Shown in pieces: positions 8,246-17,348 of a stretch of DNA of 26,658 nucleotides; within the stretch, counting starts at the first letter, position 1; every line of letters starts with the position of its first letter. Source of the stretch: a virus (lineage: Duplodnaviria; Caudoviricetes). Under the pieces are notes generated by a model, which was not told where the DNA came from, did no database searches, and saw nothing but the letters and a program-made list of their open reading frames with translations. The translations under genes and the position numbers were made by a program. The stretch lies in IMG/VR virus record IMGVR_UViG_3300030737_000039, positions 1-26,658 of that record. One strand, 5' to 3'.

Positions 8246-8412
8246 TTGAGTACGCGAACATCCCGCGTTCGATCGGTACGGTCGTTTCTCGGAAGTACGC
8301 CACGCTCCACGAATTGCAGACAGTGTTCGGCGCAGAGGATCTTTACGATCTGCTCGAAATCATCGTGGTCGACGGGCGTAACGAGCACGTGCTCAGCACG
8401 CGGAAAGAGTAG
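8191..8412 (+). CDS. Frameshift extension of the tail chaperone (gpGT-like; fusion 7790..8412, about 207 aa)
   Basis: -1 frame reads SSRRPLKIRRGGSSDEGLIEYANIPRSIGTVVSRKYATLHELQTVFGAEDLYDLLEIIVVDGRNEHVLSTRKE*; no ATG in frame; not in the ORF track. Confidence 0.75.
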   Translation, partial: SSRRPLKIRRGGSSDEGLIEYANIPRSIGTVVSRKYATLHELQTVFGAEDLYDLLEIIVVDGRNEHVLSTRKE

Positions 8413-8413
8413 G

Positions 8414-8740
8414 TCACTGGAATGGCTTGGGCTTGCCATGCGGGTAAAGGCAGGCTTGATATACCTGATTTGCAAGAGCAGGGCCGCCGGCATTTACAAA
8501 GCCGGGGTCTGAGTAGACCAGATTGACGATCTGCTTGCCCTGCTCGATAGAGATTCCCCATGCCGACGATGCGGTGATCGTATTGAGCGCTGTTTTCGGT
8601 GGCCAGTTGCTGTCTCGGCCTTGAGCGACCATCTGATAAGCCATTCCGAGTCTCATGCAGTGGTCCTGCTGCGGTGGAGCCTGTTGAGCGATCGCGCAGA
8701 CAGGCGCGAGCAAGGCCAAGAAAAACGTCTTTTTCATCAT
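8414..8740 (-). CDS. Small secreted/periplasmic protein (antisense moron)
   Basis: SD AGGAG 5 nt before the ATG at 8740; signal peptide MMKKTFFLALLAPVCAIA; two Cys in the mature part; only credible minus-strand gene. Confidence 0.75.
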   Translation of the reverse strand: MMKKTFFLALLAPVCAIAQQAPPQQDHCMRLGMAYQMVAQGRDSNWPPKTALNTITASSAWGISIEQGKQIVNLVYSDPGFVNAGGPALANQVYQACLYPHGKPKPFQ

Positions 8741-8783
8741 TTTTGCTCCTGAGTTGGGGTGATACAAAGTCTAAGGGATATTC

Positions 8784-10622
8784 ATGGCCGGCACTGTGAT
8801 CGACGCGCTGTTCGTGACACTCGGCTTGGACGCCAAAGCATTTATTACCGGCAAGAATCAGGTAACGGACGCCACTAAAAAGCTGTCGGCCGAAGAAACT
8901 AAGGCCACGAAGGACATCGAGACGCGGAACAAAGCCGCCGCAGAGTCGTTCAAGAAAGTGCGCAATGAAGTCCTGGCACTGCTCGCGGTCTTCACCGCCG
9001 GCATGGGCCTGAAGGACTTCACCGAAAGCACCATCGGCGCGGCGGTCAATCTTGGCTATATGGCCAAGAATCTGCAGATGAGCACGCAGGACCTGTCTGC
9101 ATGGCAGCGCGCAGCAGAACGGGCGGGCGGTAGCGCAGAAGGTATCACGAACACGTTGCAGGACTCCCAGCAGCAGATCGCCGGATTTCGCTTAGGTAAG
9201 GTCAGTGATCAGATCCAAATGTTTCTGCGCTTCGGCGGGAAAACCAGTGATCTGAAGGATGGGAATTCATTCCTGCTCGCGCGCGCCAAGATCGTTCAGA
9301 ACCTGTTCAATGTCGATCCGGCCCGCGCTAAATATGTTGCTCAGGCAATGGGCATCAGCGGTGAAGAGTTCAATTTCATCAAGCAGGGACCCCAGGCGAT
9401 TCTCGCTTTGGTTGCTGCTCAGGAAAAGAATTCAGCGATCACCGAGAAGCAGGCCGAGCAGGCGCTAAAACTCAAGAATGCGTGGCTTGATCTTCGTGAC
9501 CGGCTGCAGTACGTCGGGACGACGATCCTGCTCGAACTGATTCCGGTATTCGAAACGTGGCTGCAGAAACTGCAAAAGATGGCTGACTGGGTGGCTGATC
9601 ACAAGGCCGATATCAGTCTGTGGGTTGAGAACGCAGTGACATCGGTTCAGAAGTTTGTCCAATGGGCAGATAAGGCGGCAGATTCGGTAGGTGGCTGGAA
9701 GAACGTTCTGATCGCACTGGCTGCGCTGAAGATACTCTCGATTGCCACCCCTTTGCTCCAATTAGCCGCAGCGCTATCCGGGGTTGGCGGCGGTCTCGCA
9801 TCAATCGCCCTATCTGGACCCGGCGCGATTGCTGCTCTTGCTGGCGTGGCGGTTGCTGCTGAACTGGCACGAAAATCTGCGTTCGATAAAGCGATTGCCG
9901 CAGGCCCGAACCATGACCAGTATGTCGCCGAAGCAATGGCTGGCGGCATCGTCACGCCGGATGTAGCCCCGCCTCCTGCCGGGGGTTTCGGCAAGTTAGG
10001 TGAATTGTTTAAGCAAGGCCCGCATGCGCCTCGCGGCATTCGAAACAACAACCCTGGCAATATCAGATACGGTGATTTCGCCTATAAGAATGGCGCAACA
10101 GGGAGAGACAGCGGCGGGTTCGCCATATTTCCGTCAATGGAAGCAGGAGTAGCTGCCCAGCGCGCGCTTCTGCAAAACTACCTTCTGCAAGGTAACGACA
10201 CGATTCGGAAGGTTGTGAGCAAATATGCGCCGTCAAGCGAAAACGATACTTCTGGCTACATCGCGGAAGTATCGAGGAAGCTTGGAGTCGGAGCCGACCA
10301 GAAGCTCTCTTCGGCAAATATTGACGCTCTTTCTAGTGCTATTTTCGCGCGCGAAGTCGGAGCCAAGAATGCCGCTGATCTGGGTTCTGCTGCAGCCAGA
10401 GCTAATGCCGGCTTGATCGCTTCTCAGTCGGCCGGCGCTAGAGGTGCTGGTTCATGGGCGTCTCGGGTGTCGAGCATGACGTCGAGTGCCGAGACAAACA
10501 TCAACGGCCCGATCACGATCCATACGCAGGCCACCGACGCGCAAGGCATTGCGAAAGAGTTCGGTAAGGCCGTTGGCAAATACAGCTTCACCGTTCCGCA
10601 GGCAAATACAGGGCTCACGTAA
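8784..10622 (+). CDS. Tape measure protein with C-terminal lysozyme-like domain
   Basis: N-terminal 'TVIDALFVTLGLD', Ala-rich helical body, then 'RGIRNNNPGNIRYG...FAIFPS.EAG...KYAPSSENDT..YI' muralytic-type motif. Confidence 0.9.
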   Translation: MAGTVIDALFVTLGLDAKAFITGKNQVTDATKKLSAEETKATKDIETRNKAAAESFKKVRNEVLALLAVFTAGMGLKDFTESTIGAAVNLGYMAKNLQMSTQDLSAWQRAAERAGGSAEGITNTLQDSQQQIAGFRLGKVSDQIQMFLRFGGKTSDLKDGNSFLLARAKIVQNLFNVDPARAKYVAQAMGISGEEFNFIKQGPQAILALVAAQEKNSAITEKQAEQALKLKNAWLDLRDRLQYVGTTILLELIPVFETWLQKLQKMADWVADHKADISLWVENAVTSVQKFVQWADKAADSVGGWKNVLIALAALKILSIATPLLQLAAALSGVGGGLASIALSGPGAIAALAGVAVAAELARKSAFDKAIAAGPNHDQYVAEAMAGGIVTPDVAPPPAGGFGKLGELFKQGPHAPRGIRNNNPGNIRYGDFAYKNGATGRDSGGFAIFPSMEAGVAAQRALLQNYLLQGNDTIRKVVSKYAPSSENDTSGYIAEVSRKLGVGADQKLSSANIDALSSAIFAREVGAKNAADLGSAAARANAGLIASQSAGARGAGSWASRVSSMTSSAETNINGPITIHTQATDAQGIAKEFGKAVGKYSFTVPQANTGLT

Positions 10623-11221
10623 TGGCAAATGGAATTCCGGCTCTGCTCGGGCAGCTTGCCAATGTCACGAACACGGCCGTGCTGCTGGTTGCGGATGCCC
10701 TGAATGTCATCGGCCTTTTTGCTGGTCCGCAATGGGGCATCTTTAATCAAGACGGAACGCTGGCCTTGGAGCCGGATTCCATGATCAGCCTGGATTTCAA
10801 ACGGGACTGGAAAATTCCGAATTACCCAGTCGAAGAGGGCTCGTTCCAGTCTTATAACAAGGTTGCATTGCCGAGCGATACGCGGATTCGTCTATCAAAA
10901 GGCGGCACGGTAGCGGATCGGCAGGCGTTTCTTGATCAGGTTGCCGCGGTCGCCGAATCGCTTGATCTGTTTGACGTGGTGATGCCGGAGGGAGCGTTGA
11001 TTCAGAACGTCAACTTCGTCAGCTACGCGCTGCACCGGACCTCGACGAACGGCGTTGGCCTGATCTCTGTCGATCTTGAACTTGAGGAAGTCAGGGAGAC
11101 GGCCACGGCAACGTTTTCAAACACGGCTGCTCCGAGTGGCGCTGATCCGGTGAGCACCGGGAGCGTCCAGCCGCAAACGCCAACCACCGCACAATCGGCA
11201 GCCGCGAGTCAGTCACAATAG
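10622..11221 (+). CDS. Baseplate hub / tube-initiator (Dit-like) protein
   Basis: 'QWGIF', 'YPVEEGSFQSYNKV..P', 'LEEVRET'; follows the tape measure. Confidence 0.8.
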   Translation: MANGIPALLGQLANVTNTAVLLVADALNVIGLFAGPQWGIFNQDGTLALEPDSMISLDFKRDWKIPNYPVEEGSFQSYNKVALPSDTRIRLSKGGTVADRQAFLDQVAAVAESLDLFDVVMPEGALIQNVNFVSYALHRTSTNGVGLISVDLELEEVRETATATFSNTAAPSGADPVSTGSVQPQTPTTAQSAAASQSQ

Positions 11222-11223
11222 CC

Positions 11224-11562
11224 ATGCAAATCATCCCGATCAACGACGTCTTTTCGCAGACGATTCCTTCGGTGCAGCTTGGCGGTCAGAACACGCAAAT
11301 CAATCTGTACCAAAAGAACAACAATCATCTGTACTGCGATGTGTCTGTCAATAATTCACCGATCATTACTGGCGTTCTTTGCCTGAACATGGTTCGGATT
11401 GTGCGGAGCGCGTACTTGGGATTTATTGGCGATCTGATGTTTATCGACCAACAGGGAACGTTCACGCCACCGAGCACGGGTCTCGACCCTTCGTCGCCCG
11501 GTCTTGGTACGCGGTTCCTGCTCTGCTATTTGACCCCGGCAGATCTAAATGGGGCGGCTTGA
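11224..11562 (+). CDS. Small baseplate (plug-like) protein
   Basis: 'IVRSAYLGFIGDLMFIDQQG...DP...GLGTRFLL.Y'; synteny. Confidence 0.75.
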   Translation: MQIIPINDVFSQTIPSVQLGGQNTQINLYQKNNNHLYCDVSVNNSPIITGVLCLNMVRIVRSAYLGFIGDLMFIDQQGTFTPPSTGLDPSSPGLGTRFLLCYLTPADLNGAA

Positions 11563-12422
11563 TGGCCTTCACCCAGAAACAGATTCAGCTCACGATAGGG
11601 CTTGGCACCGGCCAATTTGGTGACACGGGCGCCAACACGGTAACGCTCACGGGTTTGCGCATCAAGGCTGAGATTCAGCAGTTCGGCGGCGACGCGATGC
11701 CGCAAGTCCAGTTGTTGGTCTATGGCCTGCCTCCCGCCATGATCAACCAGTTGACGACAATCGGCCCGATCAACTCGGCAGTGATGTATCAAAACTCGGT
11801 GCTGATCGCGGTGGGCGACGCGGATTCGGCGCTCACAACGATCTATAACGGGACGATCTGGCAGGCGTGGGGGGATTACAACCAGATCCCCGACACGGCG
11901 CTGAATATCGCCGCGGTAGGCGGTCTCGCCGCTTCACTCAAGCCGGTGGGCGCGTCCAGCTATCCCGGCGCCGCTGATGTCGGGACGATCATGCAATCGC
12001 TGGCGACGATGGCCGGATTGAACTTCGTGAACAACGGCGTCTCAGTGCAGTTGTCAAACCCGTATTTCCCGGGAACGGCTCTCGCTCAGATACGGGAGTG
12101 CGCGCAGGCGGCGGACATCAACTTCGCAATCGATGTCGGCACGTTGCAAATTTGGCCGAAGGGCGGGGCGCGCAACACATCGACGCCGGTTATTTCCACG
12201 GCAACGGGGATGGTTGGTTATCCGACGTTCTCAAGTAACGGCCTGATGGTCACGACGATATTCAATCCATCGGTCGTCATAGGCGGGTTGGTTCAGGTGC
12301 AAAGCTCGATCCCAGCGGCTTGCGGTCAGTGGATCGCGACGCAGATATCTCATTCGCTTGAAAGCGAAATGCCTGGCGGTCAGTGGTTCACGCACATTCT
12401 TGGAGTGCCGTTCAGTGGTTAA
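11562..12422 (+). CDS. Baseplate hub protein
   Basis: Start reassigned to 11562 (TGATG coupling). 'TGMVGYPTF', 'NNGV..QLSNPY.PG', 'H.LESEMPGGQWFT'. Confidence 0.8.
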   Translation: MAFTQKQIQLTIGLGTGQFGDTGANTVTLTGLRIKAEIQQFGGDAMPQVQLLVYGLPPAMINQLTTIGPINSAVMYQNSVLIAVGDADSALTTIYNGTIWQAWGDYNQIPDTALNIAAVGGLAASLKPVGASSYPGAADVGTIMQSLATMAGLNFVNNGVSVQLSNPYFPGTALAQIRECAQAADINFAIDVGTLQIWPKGGARNTSTPVISTATGMVGYPTFSSNGLMVTTIFNPSVVIGGLVQVQSSIPAACGQWIATQISHSLESEMPGGQWFTHILGVPFSG

Positions 12423-13176
12423 TCCGGTCGGATATCTAGGCACTGCGGAAGCGACAGACAACGGCTCGGACTACAACGCCAACACGTTTCTGGTCTGGTC
12501 GATTCTGGCGCGCGTGCGCACGATGCAACCATGCCAAGTGTTGAGCGTGACGAACGCCGGTGGGGTCTCGCCGGTGGGCTTTGTGAGCCTGCAACCGCTG
12601 GTGAATCAGCTTGATGGATATAACAACGCGGAGCCGCACGGGCCGCTTTACAACGTACCGTACTTCAGACTTCAGGGCGGCGCGAACGCAATCATCATTG
12701 ATCCACAAGTTGGCGACATCGGCTTTGCTGGGTTCGCTGATCGCGATATCTCAAGCGTGAAGGCCACGAAGGCGCAAGCTAATCCGGGCAGCAAACGTCG
12801 TTTCTCGATGTCGGATGCGGTCTACTTCGGCGGGATATTGAACGGAACGCCGAGCCAGTACATCGCGTTTAGCTCGACCGGCATTGCTGTGACGTCGCCG
12901 ACCCAGATTACTTTGACGGCGCCGGTCATAGTCAACAACGCATCGACGTCTTTCACGGTCAACTCGCCTCAATCAAACTTTAGCGGCGCTGTGATTATCC
13001 AAGGCCTGTTGTCGTGGCTCGCTGGCATGACGGGCAGCGTCGGTAGCGGAGTCGCATCGCTGATTACAGGTGCGGTGCAGTTCGTCGGGTCTATCACTTC
13101 AAACGGCCATGCGATAGACAGCACGCACCAGCATACCGCCTCGGGCGGAACGGGCCTCGGTGGCCCTCCGCAATAG
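12415..13176 (+). CDS. Baseplate central spike (Gp138/gpV-like)
   Basis: GTG start at 12415 after GGAG; 'VPYFRLQGG..AIIIDPQVGDIG...FADRDIS'; C-terminal 'HQH' (HxH) metal-binding apex motif. Confidence 0.88.
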   Translation: MVNPVGYLGTAEATDNGSDYNANTFLVWSILARVRTMQPCQVLSVTNAGGVSPVGFVSLQPLVNQLDGYNNAEPHGPLYNVPYFRLQGGANAIIIDPQVGDIGFAGFADRDISSVKATKAQANPGSKRRFSMSDAVYFGGILNGTPSQYIAFSSTGIAVTSPTQITLTAPVIVNNASTSFTVNSPQSNFSGAVIIQGLLSWLAGMTGSVGSGVASLITGAVQFVGSITSNGHAIDSTHQHTASGGTGLGGPPQ

Positions 13177-13199
13177 TCTCTTGCGTACAAGGAAATGCG

Positions 13200-13550
13200 A
13201 TGAACAGTTTGTACTTGAATCCATCGACATGGGATCTTGCCGTTGATAGCTTTGGGAATATTGCCGTTGCGTCGGACCCGTATGCTCTAGCTCAGAATGC
13301 TGCCACGGCATGCCGGACGTTCATAAATGACGTGTATTACGATCAAACGGTGGGCATCCCCTATTTCACACAGATCCTAGGCCAACTCCCGACTCTGCAA
13401 TATGTCAAGGCGCAACTGGTCGCGGCTGCAGAAACGGTGCAGGGAGTGGTTAGCGCGCAAGCGTTCATAACCGAGTTTGCGGGTCGCCAAATTCAAGGAC
13501 AGATTCAAGTGACGGATACAGCCGGCGTCACGACTGCTGCCAGTTTCTAG
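13200..13550 (+). CDS. Baseplate wedge / sheath-initiator (gp25/W-like) protein
   Basis: 'WDLAVDSFGNIAVA..PYALAQ', 'YYDQTVGIPYF.QILG'; position before J. Confidence 0.8.
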   Translation: MNSLYLNPSTWDLAVDSFGNIAVASDPYALAQNAATACRTFINDVYYDQTVGIPYFTQILGQLPTLQYVKAQLVAAAETVQGVVSAQAFITEFAGRQIQGQIQVTDTAGVTTAASF

Positions 13551-13571
13551 TCCTGACCGTTCAAGATAACC

Positions 13572-13598
13572 AAGCCACCCATTCGGGTGGCTTTTTTT
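13572..13598 (+). terminator. Rho-independent terminator
   Basis: AAGCCACCC-ATTC-GGGTGGCTT followed by a T tract. Confidence 0.8.
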
Positions 13599-13609
13599 AT
13601 GGCTGATCC

Positions 13610-15025
13610 ATGGCAACAACTAACGTTCCGTCGCCTACGTTCGGGGCAACCGGGTTCGTTCTGCCGGCAGAGTCCGCAATTCTGACTGGCGTACAGGCAG
13701 ATATCAACCAGGCCTTCGGCGGGACGCTTGACCAGTCACTTACGACGCCTCAGGGCCAACTTGCGCAATCGGAAGCGGCGATTGTGGGCGATGCCAATTC
13801 TCAGTTCCTTTACATCACCAATAACGTTGACCCGGCCTTCGCGTCGGGCCGGTGGCAAGACGGCATAGCGGCCATCTACTTCTTGACGCGTCTTGCCGCG
13901 CAGCCGACGACGCTGCAAATCGCGTGCGTTGGGTTGGTCAATGTGCCGATCCCTGTTGGCGCGCAGATTCAGGACGCAAGCGGGAACATCTATGCCTGCA
14001 CAGTCGGCGGCACGATTCCGATTAGCGGCACGATCACGCTCGCTTTTGCTTGCCTGACGACCGGCCCTATCGCGGTTCCTGCAAGCAATGCCGTCACGAT
14101 CTATCAGGCTATTCCGGGCTGGGACACCGTTACGTGTACGTCGGGCGTAATCGGGCGCGCTGTTGAAAGTCGCGCAGCTTTCGAATTGCGCCGGCAGCAG
14201 AGCGTTGCGCTTAATTCTGTAGGGATGCTCGACTCGATCCTCGCCAATGTGTTGAGTGTGCCAGGTGTGGTCGATGCTTATGTGATCGACAACGATCTCG
14301 GAACCCCCGCGACGATCGGCGGCATTACGCTCAACGCGAATAGCCTCTATGTTTGCGTGGCAGGGAGTTACACCAATCTGGCGGTCGCACAGGCGATCTG
14401 GCTTAAAAAGCCGCCCGGCTGTAATTACACCGGCAACACGCCCGTCACGGTCACAGACCCGAATCCTCTTTATTCGTCGCCGCCCAGCTACACGGTGTCG
14501 TTCCAGACAGCGATCAATACACCAATCTTCTTTTTGGTGACGCTTAAGAACAGTGCGGCAGTTCCGTCGACTGCGTTGGCGCAGATTCAAGCCGCGTTTG
14601 TCTCGGCCTTTTCCGGTCAGGACGGCGGCACTGTGCCGCGCCTTGGCTCCGAACTCTTCGCGAGCCGGTTCTATTCCGATGTCGCCGCACTGGGCTCGTG
14701 GGCACAGATCATTTCGTTGCAGATCGGGTGCATCAACGTCCCGTCTGCCACGTTCACCGGCTCCATCGCTGCAAACACGCTGACTGTCTCAAGCGTCGCA
14801 TCGGGCACGATCGCAATCGGCCAGTTCATAGCCGACGCGTCAGGCCACATCGTATCGGGTACTCAGATCACAGCCGGTAGCGGAACGTCGTGGACAGTGA
14901 GCATTGCGCAAACGGTAACGAGCGAAACGATGGTTGGAGTGATTCCGAACCAGAACGACGTCACCATGAATATCAATCAGGAGCCGACGTTTGCCGCGGC
15001 GAATGTGCTTTTGACGTTGGTCTGA
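13610..15025 (+). CDS. Baseplate J-like wedge protein
   Basis: 'TPQGQLA', 'VDPAFASGRWQDGIAAIYFL.R', 'ESRAAFELRRQQSVA'; beta-domain insert at 14747-14938. Confidence 0.9.
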   Translation: MATTNVPSPTFGATGFVLPAESAILTGVQADINQAFGGTLDQSLTTPQGQLAQSEAAIVGDANSQFLYITNNVDPAFASGRWQDGIAAIYFLTRLAAQPTTLQIACVGLVNVPIPVGAQIQDASGNIYACTVGGTIPISGTITLAFACLTTGPIAVPASNAVTIYQAIPGWDTVTCTSGVIGRAVESRAAFELRRQQSVALNSVGMLDSILANVLSVPGVVDAYVIDNDLGTPATIGGITLNANSLYVCVAGSYTNLAVAQAIWLKKPPGCNYTGNTPVTVTDPNPLYSSPPSYTVSFQTAINTPIFFLVTLKNSAAVPSTALAQIQAAFVSAFSGQDGGTVPRLGSELFASRFYSDVAALGSWAQIISLQIGCINVPSATFTGSIAANTLTVSSVASGTIAIGQFIADASGHIVSGTQITAGSGTSWTVSIAQTVTSETMVGVIPNQNDVTMNINQEPTFAAANVLLTLV

Positions 15026-15026
15026 T

Positions 15027-15881
15027 ATGGCTGATTCCTTCAACTATCAGGAAACGATACTCAGCCAGTTCGCGAACAGCCCGACGATTCTTAGCCTCAT
15101 TGGCAGCTTCAGCGCAGCAGTCGATCCAAGCGCGAACATCGATGCCTTTTACAACAGCATTTGGAACGTATTAACGGCAACTGGTTACGGTCTCGACGTG
15201 TGGGGTCGAATCGTCGGCGTTAACAGAGTCCTACAAGTATCAAGCGGCGCGTGGCTTGGATTTGAGGAGGCTGGCGACGGTCTCGTGGAAACGCCGTTTA
15301 ACCAGGCGCCGTTCTATAGCGGAGCAGCGACGACGGGCAACTACGCACTGACAGACCAAGCCTTTTTGCAACTGATCCTCGCGAAAGCCTACGCGAACAT
15401 CAGCAACGGCTCGATCGCGAGCATCAATCAGATCCTGATGACGTTGTTTGGTTCGTCCGGAGAATGTTGGTGTACCGATGGTCAGAACATGACCATGACC
15501 TACACCTTCGAATTCACGCTGTCTCCAGTTCAATACGCGATTGTTGCTCAGTCAGGAGTACTGCCAAGACCCGCCGGTGTACAGGTTGGAATAGTTCAAC
15601 TCGGATTCTTTAGCGATGGCGGCGTTCTCGCCATGGGCGCGGGGATCATTGGCTACCCGACATCTCCATCGGGGTTACTGGCAGGCGCTCTCTGGGACAA
15701 CGGCGGTGTCGTTTCTGTTGCAGGCACCACGACGCCGAATCCGACTGCGGCGCCCGTCTATTTCCCGGGCATTTCACCCTCGGCTTTGCTTTATCTCACT
15801 GGCGCAAATCTCCCGCTTTCCAATCCCGGAATTGGCACTGGCCAACTCTGGAATAACGGTGGCGTCGTGTCCATCGCCTGA
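15027..15881 (+). CDS. Baseplate protein (DUF2612 / gpI-like) with C-terminal extension
   Basis: 'TILSQFANSP', 'WNVLTATGYGLDVWGRIVGV', 'LILAKAYANI', 'LPRPAGV', then about 90 extra residues with LW(D/N)NGGVVS repeats. Confidence 0.88.
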   Translation: MADSFNYQETILSQFANSPTILSLIGSFSAAVDPSANIDAFYNSIWNVLTATGYGLDVWGRIVGVNRVLQVSSGAWLGFEEAGDGLVETPFNQAPFYSGAATTGNYALTDQAFLQLILAKAYANISNGSIASINQILMTLFGSSGECWCTDGQNMTMTYTFEFTLSPVQYAIVAQSGVLPRPAGVQVGIVQLGFFSDGGVLAMGAGIIGYPTSPSGLLAGALWDNGGVVSVAGTTTPNPTAAPVYFPGISPSALLYLTGANLPLSNPGIGTGQLWNNGGVVSIA

Positions 15882-15895
15882 CCTATTGAGAATTT

Positions 15896-17119
15896 ATGCT
15901 CGCATCCCAGTCGCCCACTCCTTTCGTTGCGCCGTTTGCTCATGCCGCCGGTGCTGGGTTTATCAGGACGATTCCTGCCGCATCGCAGATCGGGATAACC
16001 GCTGGCGCAGCGTCACTCAATGACGGCTATCCGCCCGTTACCTTTGTTGCGGTCGCGGCCGGCGGAACGCCTCCTTTTGGCCAAGATACGAACGGCATAC
16101 TCTACCAAACCACGGCCGGCGTTCAATGGAGCCAAGTGGGTGGAGAGCCGATCTTTAATACTGCATTCGCTGAGGCAATCGGAGGCTATCCGAATGGCGC
16201 CATTCTTCAAAGCGCGGACTACACGGGCTTTTGGCGGTCAACCGCCGACAACAACCTATCCGATCCTGACGCGGCGAGTGCATCCTTCGCCGGCTCCATC
16301 TCTGGCACCGTTCTAACGGTTACCGCAGTTGCTTCCGGGACTGTGACGGTCGGGCAAATCCTGTCCGGTACGGGGGTTACCTCGGGCACGCAGATCATTT
16401 CGCTGGGTACTGGCACAGGTGGCACGGGAACATACAACGTCCAGACCTCGCAGAGCGCATCGAGCACCACGATCGCGGCTACGGGGGGCGTGAACTGGTT
16501 ACCGATGTTCTTCTCGACATCCGCATCGATTGCCTTGACGAACGCGAATGTCACGCTCTCGGCGGCGCAGTACTCGAAACCGATCATTGTCCTGACTGGC
16601 ACGCTGACCGGAGCGGTGGCGCTGACTTTTCCGGCCTTCGCTCAGGAATGGGATGTCATCAATGCGACCACGGGTGCATTCGTTGTCACCGCGCTCACCA
16701 GCGGCGGCGCGTCGGTCACGCTGGCGCAAGGCGGGAAGACTCAATTGCGAGGCAATGGAACGAACGTCGTTGTGGATGCCCTCCAAGTAGGGCCAGCGAC
16801 GCAACCTTCTCAAGCTCTCAATCTCGGCCAGTTTCCCTCAAGTGTCGGATTGAACGGTTGGAGAAAATTTCCCGATGGAACGATAGAGCAGTGGGGAGCC
16901 GTTAATGGCACGGCCAGCGCAAATCAATTTATAACGTTCCCGATTCCATTTACTAGCGCCTCGTTCTCATTAACTGGAACCTGCGTCAATTCTAGTGGGC
17001 CATTGGCTACCTTCCCTTCGTTTGGAGCAGTGAGTGCCACTGGCTTCAATGTCACTACATGGAATTTGTCAGGAGCATTCGCGGCCGCATCCTTCACGTG
17101 GAGAGCTATAGGTGTTTAA
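15896..17119 (+). CDS. Tail fibre protein
   Basis: N-terminal anchor '[13 protein letters not shown]...[15 protein letters not shown]', '[11 protein letters not shown]'; C-terminal gp53-like '[15 protein letters not shown]...FPIPF...WRAIG'. Confidence 0.9.
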   Translation: MLASQSPTPFVAPFAHAAGAGFIRTIPAASQIGITAGAASLNDGYPPVTFVAVAAGGTPPFGQDTNGILYQTTAGVQWSQVGGEPIFNTAFAEAIGGYPNGAILQSADYTGFWRSTADNNLSDPDAASASFAGSISGTVLTVTAVASGTVTVGQILSGTGVTSGTQIISLGTGTGGTGTYNVQTSQSASSTTIAATGGVNWLPMFFSTSASIALTNANVTLSAAQYSKPIIVLTGTLTGAVALTFPAFAQEWDVINATTGAFVVTALTSGGASVTLAQGGKTQLRGNGTNVVVDALQVGPATQPSQALNLGQFPSSVGLNGWRKFPDGTIEQWGAVNGTASANQFITFPIPFTSASFSLTGTCVNSSGPLATFPSFGAVSATGFNVTTWNLSGAFAAASFTWRAIGV

Positions 17120-17348
17120 TCAAACGGTAGAAATCTATGGACTTCCTCAGCCAATAACCGGCGCAGAACTGGTCACGATTTATCAGTCTCAGAATGGTCA
17201 ATTGGCTAAGTGCACGATGCCGCTTTCGCAACTCGCCGCGATATTGACCTCGGGCTCATCGACTGCATGGGCCACCGGCCTTCCGACAACTCTGCCTGCT
17301 TCTGCTGGCGTCGTATGGAATAACAAAGGGGCAATCTCGATATCATGA
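17112..17348 (+). CDS. Small fibre-associated hypothetical protein
   Basis: Overlaps both neighbours; C-terminal '[22 protein letters not shown]' resembles the extension of the 15027 protein. Confidence 0.7.
   Translation: MFNQTVEIYGLPQPITGAELVTIYQSQNGQLAKCTMPLSQLAAILTSGSSTAWATGLPTTLPASAGVVWNNKGAISIS

Noticed and set aside
8246-8512. 88-aa TTG ORF in frame after the chaperone stop (possible readthrough)
   Set aside because: Ser/Arg-rich non-protein-like sequence overlapping the antisense gene; the -1 frame explains the region better.
13552-13565. Intergenic CCTGACCGTTCAAG matching the copy-2 loop (1998-2006) and the copy-1 target (1059-1067)
   Set aside because: Only 9-nt same-strand matches with no surrounding UAGG/CCGAAA scaffold; cannot be distinguished from chance.
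16850-17119. Diversity-generating retroelement or invertible tail-fibre tip
   Set aside because: No reverse transcriptase, invertase, template repeat or inverted crossover sites seen; only a mild AT enrichment.
5422-17119. Tailocin or contractile injection system rather than phage
   Set aside because: Capsid and head-tail joining genes are present in the same operon.
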